NCBI GenBank assembly: GCA_964353135.1
Contig: CAYGTV010000001.1
Span: 309,497-373,496, forward strand
DNA from: an uncultured Candidatus Saccharibacteria bacterium
GTDB lineage: Bacteria; Patescibacteriota; Minisyncoccia; Phycocordibacterales; UBA918
Length of the DNA: 64,000 nt
Direction: 5' to 3'
The notes beneath the pieces are model-generated. The model was given only the letters and a program-made list of their open reading frames with translations, was not told the origin of the DNA and did no database searches. Position 1 is the first letter of the stretch. Each line of letters begins with the position of its first letter. A program made the position numbers and the translations under genes. Shown one piece after another: positions 37,601 to 52,600 of this stretch.

Positions 37601-40600
37601 TGAGCGTAGTTGCACTAGTGTTCCAACTACTGACATCGGTATTCTCGCCCAACGTTAGGATATCGTATGACTCGGTGGCTGTAACTTTGACGTTTGTTTC
37701 GTACTGATTGCCCCCATCAAGCACCAAGGTTGTCCCGGTCCAGGTAGTAGCAGCACCGCCAACCGTGTTTGTAAATACATTCCCTACGTATACCCGTGAC
37801 CCTGGATTTACCGTAAATGTCCCGGCATTTGTGATTGCAAAGTTATTGGTGGTAGTTGCATTGTCGATCAGTGTCCAACCACCAGCCCCAGCAATCACTA
37901 GGTTGTAGAGGTCGTTTGCGCCTGGGTCGATAAACTCACCACCATCGGCTGAGTTAAACAACAGTGTACCCAAACCGTTGTTGTATACCCCACCAGACAC
38001 ATCAAACGACCCGCCAATTGACACGGTTCCAGTACCGACAGTAAGTGCACCGTCAGAAAGAGTGAGGTTGCCAAGTAATGCGGCAGAAGGATCGGTCAGG
38101 GTGTAATCGCCACCAGTAGCAGTAACAGTCAGGTTTGTCAGGTCGTTGCCGCTCAGAGTAATGATATTTCCGCCAGTGGTACCAACCACTTGAACTGTAC
38201 CGCCATTGTGTGTGATCGTGTCAGTAACCACAAAGTCTTCTCCCACAATCAGCGTACCGCTAGGCAACGTTACAGTCCCGGTTGCAACGGTAAATGATTG
38301 CGTGGTAGTCGCAACAACGTCTGCAAAACTCCACGCACCGACGCCTGAGAATAGAACCGTATCTGCGGTTGACCCCCCAAATCGAACGACGTTACCAAGG
38401 TCAGTCGCAGTAAAGTACAGCACACCACCATTAGCATCAAATGACCCACCAGTGTTTTCAAACGATCCGGCTACCGTTGAAGTTCCAGTTGGTAAAGTCA
38501 GATCACCATTACTAATGACAACATCATTACCGGCAGTAAAGGTTGGATCGGTAATTGTCCAATCACCCGAACCAGAGAAAGTAACATCGAACAGTACCGC
38601 TTCGTTAAAGTCTAGGGTTCGGCCAGCACCGGCAGCTGTAAAGTCAAAGGCTGATTGAGCTGGGGCCAACAGTGATCCGGCTGCGGTAACAATGTCTCCA
38701 CCAACACTATGAGTTTCTCCATTTGCAGCTATGTAATCAGCGCCTGTTAGCAACTCGAGCGAGCCATCATACGACGAACCACTTCCCCCACCACTAATGG
38801 TTACATCACCACCTGGCTGGAAATTTTTGTTTGCCCACACCAAGAGAGTAAAGTCAGCTGGCAAAGTCAATGTATCGGTTCCAGCGTCAACCGCAGTAAA
38901 CGGAATATCAGCATCGTCACTACTGTCGTAGACCGACATAGCTGCAATCGTTTGCGCCCCTGCACTCTCATGTCGAACAATCACGTGATTTTCGTACAAA
39001 TCCATGTCACCAATCAGTGAGATCGGGTCTTTGGAAACTGTTGCCGCCTGAATCGCCTCACCATCAATGTACACAGTTAGAGTGTCACTTGGACCAAAAC
39101 CAATATCGGTAAAGGTGTAATCCCCTGTACCGACCGCACAAGAAGTTGAAGCAAAGGTTAGACCTTGGATACTCAATCGTAGATTGTTAGTAACACCATC
39201 ACAGATAGTTGAAATGGCTGATCGATCGTTTTGGTACACCGTACCTGAGATATCAATAATAGCGGCTGAGTCTGTCCACACAAGATATCCTGGATCTCCT
39301 CCTGGGTCGACGTCTTTTGCTTCACCATCAAGGTTACCGTCAACGTTTACAAACCGCCACGAACTGATACTGGTTCCTGTTGCCGTCACGTTGAAGGCGT
39401 TAATGGTAGTGGTTGTCGCAAACCGGTTATTAGTAAAGTTTTTAGCTGGATTTGCCCCAATCACACTACCACCAACCGTCATCGCAGACCCACCTGCAAA
39501 TGCGACCTCAAAGTCTCCCCGTGAGAGATCAACGACGTTTGGTGTCCCGGTAAGAACCAGTCCGTCAGACACAATGTCGCGTACTGTGTAGTACTGCATA
39601 TCGACAGTTGCGGTTCCTCCAATAGTCATACTGTATGGACCAGCACCTTGAGCCATAATTGTTGTACTGGCGGTTGAAGTACCAAGCACCGTCAATGATC
39701 CGCCGGTATACAGCACACTACCCCCATCCTCAATGCGAACATCTGCTATACGAGGTACCCCGAGAGTTGCTCCATCAAAGTCAGTCGCATAACTCCAATG
39801 ATCAGCTCCAGCAGCACTAATGAAATCACCATAAATAAGCAGATTTCCATCAACCCTTTGATGATCCATTGAATACAATGAACTGTTTGGTGCCGTAGTT
39901 ACTACAGTTGTAGTTGAGTTCCAGAGTCTTGGGTGTGTACCCGCCTCAGTCACGATAGTGTCATAGGTATCACCAGTTGCTTTTGTGTTGATTGTAAACG
40001 CAGTGCCACTGGTTAGTTTAAGGGTAGATCCAGTCCAAGTTGTAGCTGCGTCAGGCATCAAGTTACTAAAGTTACCGGCAACAGATAGAGTCAGACCAGG
40101 GTTCAAGGTAAACCCAGTCACAGAAGCACCAAGTGAGGTGCGTCCAGTGGTAGTAGCACTTTCAACAATTGAGTAATTTGCAGCACCAGTGATGTTGAGC
40201 TTTCCAAATGGTGAATTTCCGGCAGCAATAGTAGCGCTTCCACTAGTGCGCGCAAAGGTGGTGGTTCCGTTATTTGCAGTAAATACACCGTCATTATTCC
40301 AACTTCCATTAACTGTCATTGTTCGGATATCACTAGCAATCAACGTACCAAGCGTTCCAATTGACACATTTGCACCCACCGACACGGCTGGATCATTGAT
40401 CGTTGCATTCAAGGTAGATGTACCAAGCACACCAACCCTCAAGTTATTGAGTACCTGTAGTCCGGTAATTGGTGCCGTAGCATTAACGACACCACCCCGA
40501 TCAGTATCAATCACTAAGTTGTAATAAGGAGTTTGGCGTACATTTGGAGTTGCTCCACTGTAACGGATGGTACTGATGTCTTCGAGAAACGAACCAGTTT

Positions 40601-43600
40601 CAACCAGCACGTTACCGTTTCCTTGCAGATCAAACACACTATTATTAGCATCAAGGAAGTGACCTGCGGCAATAGTCAGCACACTTCGCACTGAAGTTGT
40701 GGCAGTTCCAGCTGGAGTTGTGATTCCTGCTGCAACTCCATTTCCGAGCGTGAGACTGTTAAATGTCCACGGTCGCACTCCACCCAACGTGTTGGTACTG
40801 AGAATACGAGTTAACCCACCAGTCAGGTTCACAGTTCCGTCACCACCAAATGAACCACTATTTACTGTTATATTGGCCACTCCACTCACGGTACCAGTCG
40901 CAACTGTGATGCCGGTTTGTGAGATAATCGGTGTTTGCACAGCCCATCCACCATTTGTACCAGTAAAGGTCAAACTGTTGAATGTAATAGTTGAACTTGC
41001 GGCTGAGCCAATTTGCTGCCCTGGGTTGTTTGCGGTAAAGGTAATTGGGCTCGTAGCTCCAGAGAACGTTGCTCCGGTTTCGAGATAGAGTGAACCACCA
41101 ACTGTAATCGGGTCTGAGCCATTAGCCTGCAGCACAGAACCAGCCTTTTGTAGGATTGAGCCATCAGCTGCAGTTGTACCCGAGCCGAGCAAGTCAATCA
41201 CTCCACCTGGTGCAAAAGTCCGGTTATTCCAAACCACTAGCCCTGACCCGTCAGCTACAGTCAATGTATCTGGCGCACCAAGGGTGGCGGTGAACGGTAG
41301 ATCACTTTCGGTAGTCGAGTCAAAGATACTCATGTCGAAAATAGTCAGCGGATCGATATTTGAGTGTCGCACGACTACTCGATCCTGGTAGAGATCCATG
41401 TCATTGATAGCGTTTGCTACTGAAACAGCTGCTGGTCGCAACGCAAACTGACCAACGTTAACATCATCAGTACTACCACCAGTGAGCGTCGCAGCACCGG
41501 TAGCACCGGCAGTCACCATTGATCGTCCAGAGACAGCGAGCAGCCGGTTGTTTGTCACAATATCTTGTCCAAGCGTTTTCCATGGTGCTGCTGGCATATC
41601 CATTGCTCCATCGTCGATTACATACCAACCAGCCAAAACATAGGCGCCTGGCGTCAGTGTAGTGACACTTGGTGCTGCTGGTGTAGAAGTATTTTGTAGG
41701 TTACTCCATACCGGAGCAACGTCAAATACGTTCGTTGCGTCTACGCCATCAAACGAACCAATCCAGTATGAATACTCTTCGGAATTGGTATCGTTACTTG
41801 TAAACGGATAGGTAGTCGGCTCAGCTCCAGCATTAGTGACAACCTTGTACCACAAACTGGTATACATCTGGTTTCCAATCACTTGTAGCTGTTCAGCTGC
41901 AGCAATCCAACCACTTGGCGGTGTGAAATTGAAATCATCTTCTTTTGCTAGCATCATCACCAACACATCACCATTTTCAACTGCAGGACGTTCCACGTTC
42001 ACATCAGCTGCATTGAGTACGTTACCGGTCTCAACTCGATAGTCTCGGAGTGACACTTGCTCAAACGGTGAACCATTATTCCCTAGTGGTGTCTTGGTGA
42101 CTGCGGCTGCCACAATTGAACTCGTTGCAGTTGGGCTGCTAGCTGGACGGAAAGCAAACTGACCAGCGTGAGGATCACGGCTTGAAATCACACCGGTCAT
42201 AGTTGAGCTACCGGTTGGACCTGCAGTTTTCATCAAGCGTGACGCGACACTTAGGTTGTTGTTAGCAGCACTGACGATATTGTCTGCTCGAACGTCCCAG
42301 TTATAGCTTGGCACTACAGTCGTATCGTCATTATCGACATACCACGCAGACAGGACAAGTGATCCGTTAGTGACAGTTGTTAGTTGAGGTGCGTTCGGCG
42401 CCTGTTCATTTTGATACTTAGTCCACACACTCGCCACATCAATCGGCGTAACCGGGTCAACATTAGTAAGTGCACCCATCCAGTAACTAAAGTTTTCACC
42501 GTTATCGTTAAGTGGGAAATCGTAAGTTGCTGGCTCACCCGCGGCAGTAGCTACTCGTCGATACCAAATACCAGTACCAATCTGATCACCGGTTGCGTTA
42601 CCAAGGATATCAACCGCAGTCCAACCAGCTGGTACTGCTCCAAACGCAGTATCATCGTCCTTCCCAACGATCAACACGAGCGTTGTATCATCAATCAAAG
42701 CCGGACGATTTACGGTCAAAAGGTTGCTTGCTACTGATCCGATCCCAGTTGTTTCAGCATAGATACCCACATTAGTTTGAGGTGTAAGTGCACTACTCTC
42801 GATATAGGTCGTAATTTGTGGTTCACCGGTATAGGCAATTCCTGTCACTTCATACGATCCATCTGCAGCACTACATGCAGCCGTGTAACTAGTAACGCCA
42901 TCGAGCACTACAGTAACCACTTCGGTAGAATCGTTACAGACTGGCGCACCCATTGGGGTCACGCCGTCATCTTGGTATACCACCCCTGAAATGGTTACAG
43001 CGAAGTTACTGTCATCCCACTGGACTGACCCCGGATCACCATCATCGTTATCAAACGCTTCTCCATACAAATTACCTGAACCTGCTGAGAAGAGCCAGAA
43101 GGTGCTTGGCACTCCATCTGCGGTCACGTTGTACGTCACCGTCTCAGCTGAAGTTGTGGCATACAGACTAGTTGGATCAGTGAGGTTTTTATACTCGGTA
43201 TCAATCCAGTTCGTACTAGGAATCACGGTGGTGAATCGAAGTTCATCAACATCTATGTCCATATAAGTGCCGCCACCATAGCGTCCAATTTGCAATCCAG
43301 TTTGCGATGGATTCTCACCGGTAGGAGTTTGAGTGTACGAATCACGTAACTGATTATCTTCATAGATCTCAACTGTCTCTCCGTCAATTGCTCGACCTAA
43401 CGTTGTAAAGTGGTGCCAGATTGCTGGGTTTCGGGTGAAGTTGTAGTCATTACCAGATGATTCACCAAACCGGTGATACCCCCGGGTTGCGTTGTCGTAC
43501 CACGGCATAAACGCCAGACAGTTATCATTCACACAGCCAGGGCCAAACTGCCAGAGTGCACCAGTATCAAAAGCAGACTGAAAGTAGAGCCCAGAAGATA

Positions 43601-46600
43601 CTAAGTCGTCGCCAGCTTCCCAAGTCCAACCGCTGTTGGCTAACATCACGTTTGTTGCCGTAGTATCAAGTGCAGTACCGAGCTGACCTGACGTGGTCGC
43701 TGGCGTTCCAACTGTCGGGAAGAGGTCTCGCTGATTTCCTGAAACGTCAGTAATGCGTACCGTTGGATCCTCGTTAAAGTGATACACCGCTTCGTAGTTG
43801 ACCCACACTGCCTGCGCGCCAAATTCATCAGTCGGTGCGTACGCCACCGCTGCTGGGTTAGCAAAGTGAATGTAAAATGCTGTATTTTCAACCGACGACA
43901 ACGTAGGTGCCAAGAGATGTAACTCTCCAGTTTGATTAGCGGTGTTGATTTCAACTAGGTCAAATGGCAGTTCAACTCCGTTACTTGTAGTGACTCTGAT
44001 ATCTCGTCCATCACTTTGTACACCAGCCCAGAAGCCAGCCCCTAGAGTCGACAGGTCTACGTATAGCGGGAACTGCTCGAGCGTTTCATTAATTTCAGAC
44101 GCCAGAACTGTCACCACTACTTGATCAGCCCAGGCTGGTTCATAGATACTATTTGCAGAAGAAGTACTAAAGACCATATTGGTGTACTCAGCAGACGGCT
44201 GCAGATTAATAGTTGCAGCATCAGCTGTGATACCTGTTCTACCTCCCGCAACTGCAAACGCACTGTTTGCAAGGGTGTCAATTGTAGTTCCACTACGCAA
44301 CTCTAACCCTGCAGGACCAATGTTACTGAACGAAGCGTAGTCAATTGCAACTGTACCAGCAGTAACACCGAGCGTATAAATACCAGAGAGAGATGACACC
44401 GTAGTTTCATTGCCACTAACGCCTACCACATTAAGTGTCGTGCTCGTTCCAAATGAAAGCTCTGCACCACGACCCATTTGCACAGTAACCGCTCGCTCAA
44501 CACCAGTTAAATCTGTTCCGTCGAAATCAGTGGCGTAGCTCCAGTGTTCAGTACCAGTTGTACGCTCATATTGACCGTAGATCTGCAACGTACCGTCAAT
44601 ATCCGCGTAATCAGGCATATAGAGTGACGATGTATCACGTACCGTAGAGGTACTCACTGTTGAGTTCCATAACACAAGATCAGAGTCGTTTGACACAATC
44701 ATTCGGGCATAGTCATCCCCTTCATCAAGCCGACCAGTAATCGTGTAATCTCCTCCAGTTAGTACGAGTGTACTGCCGGCCCATGTGGTCGCCGCTGATG
44801 CAAAAGTGTTGGTAAACTGACCACCTACTGTCATTGTGTTGCCTGATTGCAGTGTGAAATCAGCTCCAGTTACAAGTGACGCATTATTAGTTACGGTAGT
44901 AGTAGCAATACTCCACCCACCACCTACACCATTAAAGCTGAGGTTATAAAAAGCACCTTTTCCAAACTCTACCGTTTCTCCTGTATCAGTACTGTTAAAA
45001 GTAGTAGTAGCACTGTTTGGATCAAACGTTCCGCCAGTGTTAAGGGCTGAACCACCAATCAAAAGATTACTAGTTGGTGCAACCAGGTTGGCAAAATTAA
45101 CTGTCAAATCACCAAGTACCGTCGTTACTGACTCATCGAGTGTGAATGATGAGGCAACATCTAGGTAACTTTCTGAACTCGTACTGTAGAAGTTAACCGC
45201 ATTGGTGAAGTTCTCAAACTCTGTAGTGATCCACTCATTAGAACGAGTAGTAGTCGCGAATCGAAGCTCATCAATTAGAATTTGACCATAGTTTCCAGTG
45301 TTGTACCGTCCAATCTGCAATCCTGTCTGAGATGGATTTTGACCCGTAGCAGTCTGGGCGTAGAAGTCTCGGATAACACCGTCCTCGTAGATTTCTACCT
45401 GTGCACCGTCAGTTGCTCGTCCAAGGGTCGTGAAGTGGTGCCAGTTTAGTGAATCACGAGTAAAGCGGTAATCGTTACCAGAAGTCTCACCAAAGCGATT
45501 ATATCCCCGATCAACACTATCGTACCAAGGTAAAAATGCTAGACAGTTATCTCCAGTACAGGTGGTACCAAACTGCCACAGAGCGACGTCGTCAACGGTA
45601 GACATGAAATAGAGCCCTGAAGACACCAAGTCTTCACCAGCAGTCCAAGTCCAATCAGCATCACCTACCATGACGTTACCAGTGGTTGTATCAAGCGCTG
45701 TACCCATCAGACCAGTTGCCTGATCTGCCAGACCAACCAGTGGCGCTAGATCCTTACCATTACCAGTCACATCGACAAACCCAACCGCTGGGTCACGCAC
45801 AAAGTGGTATACAGCCTCATACTCTCGCCAAACTGCATTACGTCCATATGGATCAGTCACATCATACGCAACGGCGTCCGGGTTGTTGTAATACACATAG
45901 AAGGTTGTGTCTGCAAAACTACTCACAGCTGGTGCCAAGAAGTGGATTTCTCCGCTATCATCACCCGTACTAACATCAACCACTTCAACTGGTACTTCAG
46001 TTACACCATCAGCTGTTGTCACTCTGATATCGTTTCCACTGTTACCTACTCCAGACCAGAACGTAGATCCAAGATGAGCCAAGTTCACATAGACCGGATA
46101 ATTAGTGAGGTCAGCATCGACCATACCCGCATCAATAGTCACCTCGATCCGATTATTCCAATCAGTGTTGTACCATCCAGAACCAGCAGACAGATCGCCA
46201 AAGATAACGTTATTAAATGTCGATCCATTAGTAGAAATTAACTCACTTTCTGACGAAGTAAAGGTAACCGTTCCACCATTGGCGTTAAATCCTCCTCCAT
46301 TAACATCAAGCCTTCCACCGATGGTCAACCCATCACTCGGGAACACAACCGAACCAGCATTAATAATCATGTTATTAGAGGTGGTTGCATTTACTTCAGT
46401 AAAGGTATACGTCCCTACACCATTAAACGTCACATTATTGAATGCGTTGAGGAATTCTGTTCCACTTAGAGTGATACTTTCTGGACCAGTACTTGAGAAT
46501 CGCACTTCACCATTATTGTGCATAAAGACACCTGTATTAGTAAACGATCCACCAATGGTCAGCGTTCCAGTTGGTAGAGCAATGGTACCTGTAGCCACAG

Positions 46601-49600
46601 TGAAGTCGTTATTGACTGACACAGATGTGCTTAAAAAGGCTGCTGTGGTGACCGAGTCATCCATTGTGAAGTTGTAGAAGCTCGCACCACCGGCAGTAAT
46701 GTTATGAGTTGCTTCATCTAGCAGCACGTCAGGCTGATACGTCTGTGGTGAAGTTGTACTGTAAAACAGATTCGGTCGGAACTGATTGAGATACTCTGCC
46801 TCTATCCAGGCTTGCGACCGAGTTTCTGTTGTTACCCGGAATTCATCCAAAATGGCGTTGATTGAACCACCAGTTCCCTCTCGCCCGACCTTTAATCCAG
46901 TGAGGGTGTTTTGTGGGTTTGCGACTGACTGCGCTACTCGTTCAACTTCGATTGCATTTTGATACACAAGGTTATCAGCCGAGGTTGAAGTAGCACCAAG
47001 AGTTGTAAAGTGATACCAACGAGTAGTGTCACGTGGGTTAATTGAGTAGGTTGCACCTCCGGTTTGACCAAAGTAATGGAGACCGTTAGTAGTTTGGTAC
47101 CAAGGACGGAACTCAATATTGTCCGGCTGTGCGTTGTCTCCCCACTCCCAGTATGCCTCGTTGCTGGCGGCACTCATGAAGTACCACCCAGAAGTTGTCA
47201 GTGGATCACCAGCCGTCCAGAAGAAGTCAGGGTCACTGAGGTACCCAGTTGAACCGTTAAAGTCAAAAGCAGTACCCAACTGACCGGTTGAGGTAGCTAG
47301 ACCTTCAATTAACACAGTCAGGTTAAAGCCATTTCCAGTAGCGTCGACTATGGTGTTAGAAACAGCTGTTGGATCATCGGCAAAGTGATACACCGCTTTG
47401 TAGTCGACCCACACATTGTCACGTCCGTAGGTGGCCGCATTAGCGTAGCGATTGGCAGCTGGGTTGTCAAAGTAAATATAAAACGTAGTATCAGCAATAT
47501 CACTAACACTATCAGCTAGGAAGTGAAGCTCACCGGTTTGTGCTGTTGTATCAATTGCAACTAGATCAATTGGCAACTCGGTCTGACCATCACTTGCAGT
47601 CACGCGAATGTCCCCACCATCACTTTTCACATCACTCCAAAATGCTGCACCCAGTGTACTAAGGTCAACAAACATCGGGAAATTAGTCAAAGGCGCGTTA
47701 ACCTCAGCACTATCAACCACTACTGCTACTCGTTTATCAAACGCATTGTCGCCATACCAGTCAGATGAGCCTGGGATAATTGGTGGGTAGACGCGGTCGT
47801 CTGCCACTAATCGTACGGTACTGGTCTGTGCCGAGAAGTTACCTTGATTCAACCAATCACCTCCTACGTTAATAGTGTTCCCAGTCCCACCAACCAACGT
47901 ATCATTAGCACCAATTCGGATATCGTACGCCGACACGTCTGTGGTGACACTGAGCACTGTACTTGGACCATCAATGACCACATTTCCGATATTTTGTAGT
48001 CCAGCAGACCGATCAGTCCAGCTGCGTGCACCGGCTCCGTCAAACGTAGTAGTACCAGTACCAAACCACACCCCACCAAACTCAGTGACGAGACTGCCAG
48101 CGATAGAAATATCAAAACCTGTGCGATCCAGCGTACCAGTAGCCACCGTCAAACTACCAGACAAATCGAGTCCAACACTTGGGGTAAAGGTAGCAGTCCC
48201 AAACCCACCAAAACCAAGGTTATGGAACCGCAAAGGACTTTCAGTTGAAGATATTGTCTCAGCGCCGGTTGATGCGATCAGGTTAACGGTTGAGGTATCA
48301 GCTGATGATGTAGCATTGTTCGTCCATGATCCGGTCAAATTAAACGTATTGGCATCAAGCTCAATCGTCCCATCATTCACAAAATCGTGAGTATTGATAG
48401 TTACTGTCGTAGACGTCGCAGGAATGTAGGTTTGACCTGGCCCAACATACAGATTTGAGTTATCACACGTTCCTACCGCACAGATTGTTAGATTATTTGA
48501 CCCATCAACATCAAAGAAGATATCTTCATCACCAGAGACACTGTTGTCATATAGCCCAAATTGTAGGTTAGATAGTGTACCGATCTCGTTGGCGTCAATT
48601 GCAACATGCTGTTCATGTAGTTTTACACCAGTAATATCACCCAAACCATCATAGCGAAACACTGTTACTGCTTCTTTATCGTCTGCTGCATCATCAATCC
48701 AAACAGTGATCGTATCGCCAGCAAAGGCTGTAACGTTTGTTAGATTCCAAGTACCATCAATAGCAATAGTACCCACACTAGCCAGCGGTACTGCATTAAC
48801 CGCTGCCCTAATCTGACCAACAATTAATGATGCAGCTGAACTGGTCGCATAGAAAGTAGTCGGATCAAGCTGATTGGCGTACTCAGTAGTAATCCATCCA
48901 TCACTACGCTTTACGTTTGCAAATCGGAGTTCATCAAGATCACCTTGGAAGCCTTGTGATGTTTGCCCACCAAAGTTCTCCCAGGTTGAATTTCCAACCT
49001 GAGCCGCATCAGAAAACATTCGAGTCCTGGTGCCATCAATATAGACATCAACTTTGTTTGCACTATCGCGGGTTAGTACCACATGTGACCACGTACCATC
49101 AGTTGGACTATTGACTGACGTATCGCTTGCGCCACCTGCAATCACTCGGGCAAAATTTCGACCAGCTGGACTACTCCATGGACCAAACTTCTCATCAGCA
49201 CCAGCGTTTTTTGATATAGCAAATCCATCTCCAGTCGATCGCCACCACATCGATGCTGAAAATTCGCCAGAGTATGTGAGTGCACTACCAAAGATACCTC
49301 CATCATTACCATCATGGTTTATAGCTTGACCGATTTGCCCAGTGACCACGTCACCTGCAGTCATACCGGTGTAAGAAACGGCGTCGTTTCCATTATCGGT
49401 ACTATCTAGCTGCAACCCACTTGAAGTTGGATCATCATCAAGAGCGTAGCGAAGGTCATAGCCGTTGACCCATACATTCTCTGAACCATACGTACTTGCG
49501 GCAGCATATGCTGTGGCGGTGGCGTTATTGTAATAAATATAAAATGTATTATCTGTCACGCTGCTCAAGGTTGGAGCCAAGAAGTGCAACTCACCAGTAT

Positions 49601-52600
49601 CAGTAGCCGTATTTATAGACACCAAATCAAATGGTGTTTCAGTACTCCCATCACCAAGAGTCACCCGTATATCACGACCATCACTTTGTACACCAGACCA
49701 GAAATCAGGCCCCAGGTCAGCCAGATCAACATAGATCGGGTAATCAGTCAGAGTCTCATCGACGTTCGCTGCTGGTATTACAAGCTCAAGACTACCAAGC
49801 CAAGCTGGATCATACAGCGATGCACCAGAAAGTGGAGTCTGGCGATTGGGTTGGAAGATGCGCCCAGACATGTTTACACCTTCACTCCACTCAACCTGCC
49901 ACTCATTAATCTGTGGACAGTTACCACTTGCACATTCAAGGGTCGCAAATGGTCGAATTTGGTCATACACATCGATATCGATTGTAGTGAGGTCAATTGG
50001 ACTCGAAGTAAAGCCAGTACTGTTACCTGGTAGAGCAACGTCTGGGATCAGAGCGTACTCGCCTTCACTAACTCGATACTGCATTTGATACGTAATCTCA
50101 CTCGCACCAGGAGTAGTATCAACCCATGAGAAGTTTTCAAATTTTGGTCCAGCACCATCGCTAAAGATGATGTCTTCCCCAGCTATGGTACTCACGAGTC
50201 CACCAGTTGTAATGTCCCGTTTAATCAAACCTGAAGCATCTTCAAAGGCAACGATCGATATGATGTTGGCAGCATGGTTGTCTGCCGTTGGTCCCATTTC
50301 TGAAATACTTGTAAATAGGTTGACGTTAGTACTAGCGGTACCCAAGTCTTTTTGAGCGAACCCTCCTTCTGCTCCGTCATCTCCGTTGTTGTGCACCACT
50401 GTAACCGCTGGTGCGGTAGTAAACCCAGTAAGTGCAGTTGCTGATTCAATATGAGTGATGGCATCAGCCGAATTACGAGCCTGGAATCTTGTACCATCAA
50501 CCACACCGGTAGCAACCTCAAATAGCATATAGTCAATGTCTTCGGCCCCGATATGCGTACTGCCAGTAAACTTACTGATAGCGAGCGAGAGACGTAACTG
50601 CGATGTGGTCACCTCACTTTGGAATGAACCGCCACCGTCGACGTGACTGGCGACCCAGTCACTATCATTATCACTCGCAACTGTTGCTAGTACAGTAGGT
50701 GGAGCAGAAAAGGCTGGTGAAATTGGCACCACAGTACCAACCACATCAGAATACGCATTTACTTGCTTATCAGTTACTGACTCTTGGGTTGCTGCAACTA
50801 CACGAAAACCGCCAGCCCCATTATTGATTACCCAGTCCCCCGCTTCCATTACAATGTAATCAACTTCCGTACTACCAGTAAATGAATTGAGATAGTTGTC
50901 GACTTTAATCTCGAAACTATTCTCAGTTTTATTTCGAATACGAGCCGTTCGAGAGTTATCCGTGGTATTAAAGTTAAACTCTGGTGAGGCAACCACAACC
51001 ATGTCGGTATAATCAAGCGATGTCACAACTGTTTGCCACTCGTTGTTAGTAGCGGTTACTCGGCCGTATTCTCCGATATCCTCACTCACCACCACCGAAC
51101 CACCTGAAACAGCAGTTGTTCCGTCCAGGAACCCTTGATTGAACTGGTCACGAGTAGTTTGGAACCAGGTTGAAAGCGTGACACCGGTGTCAACAGTAAA
51201 GGAATCAGGTACTGACCACGGACTCCAAGCGTCTCCACCGGCCGGGTCTTTGGCCCGTACTCGCCACCAGTAAGTAGTCCCGTCTGCAAACGGTGATCCA
51301 GCTTGAGTGGTGTAAGTCAATCGATCGCCGGAAACAAATGGACTCGTGTCTGCACCATTGGCGGTATTAGCAAAGCCAGCGTCAACTCCTGAATTGAAGG
51401 TTGAGGTTGCAGCGGTGAAGTTAAAGCTAGTACTAAAGGAAATTTCATATTCCAGATCGTCACCCTGAGGATCTGATGATACAAAATCAAACACAGGCAA
51501 TGTATTGGCTGTTTTTTGGTTATCAAACGGATCACCAAGGTCTGGTGTTTCAACACGCTGACCCCAAGTCACCTTCCAGTCTTGTAGTGACACAGTAGTC
51601 CCGGTCAAAGTAGCGACCAGTCTGATTTCGTTATAGATACTAGTGTCCAAACCAAGAATACTCACTGGAGATGAGGCGATACCTATATCGTTACCTGGAA
51701 TCAGGGTCGCTGGAACCAGGGTCCATGTTCCATTATTGTTGTATTCAATTTGCACCGACAAACTACCCGATGTTTCAGTCTCATTCCAAGACACTTCTCC
51801 CCAAGCATTACCAACTGTCGCGTCATCAAAGTCTATTGGAGTACTAGTAATGATTCCGGTACCACCTGAAAGATTAGCCTGTCCAGCCGCTACAGTAATA
51901 TTACTTAGACCATTAGTAGCAAACTGATCTCCAGTGGTTTGTAGCCATTCGCTAACAGTCACGTTTGTATCGATTGTAAAGCTATACGGTGTTGACCAGT
52001 CACTACTTGTTGCAGAACCTTCGGGATCACTAGCTCGGACTCGCCACCAGTAGGTAGTGGTTGCAGGTAGGGGTGTTGCCGCAGTAAATCGAATAACCTC
52101 ACCAGATACAAACGGAGATTTATCCGCTCCACCATCTGCTTCTTCAAACAAAAGGAAGTTAGTCTCAGAGTCTCGCTGTAGTTCTACTGAGCTAAAATCA
52201 GCGTCATTATCAATCTGTATTTCGTAGTTCACATCATCACCAGCGATATCACTGGCAACAAAGGTTAACGTTGGGATGATCGCCGGAGTGTTTTCATTAT
52301 CGAAAAATGAAATCGGTAATGGTGTATTTGGTGGCCCCACAGTCTCTAACTCTGGATACACTGTGTAGTTCGTAAAATCACCTTCTTCGACCCGCACCAT
52401 TCGGAAACAGTAATTTGTGTTTACTTCTATATTACTTGCAGTAATCACCCAATCCCATTCAGCCACTTGCCCGGTGCCGATATCAACCGGAACAAAGTCC
52501 GAGAAGTTACGTTCTTCATAGGTTGCTAGCACTGTCGTAGAAGCCAGGAGACTTGTTGGAATCTGTGAACCATCAGCAACAGTAGTGTTATTAAAACCTG

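Noticed and set aside
38480-46585. LPTGT sequences as sortase signals
   Set aside because: They are internal to beta-helix repeats, are not LPxTG followed by a TM and basic tail, and no sortase is present in the window
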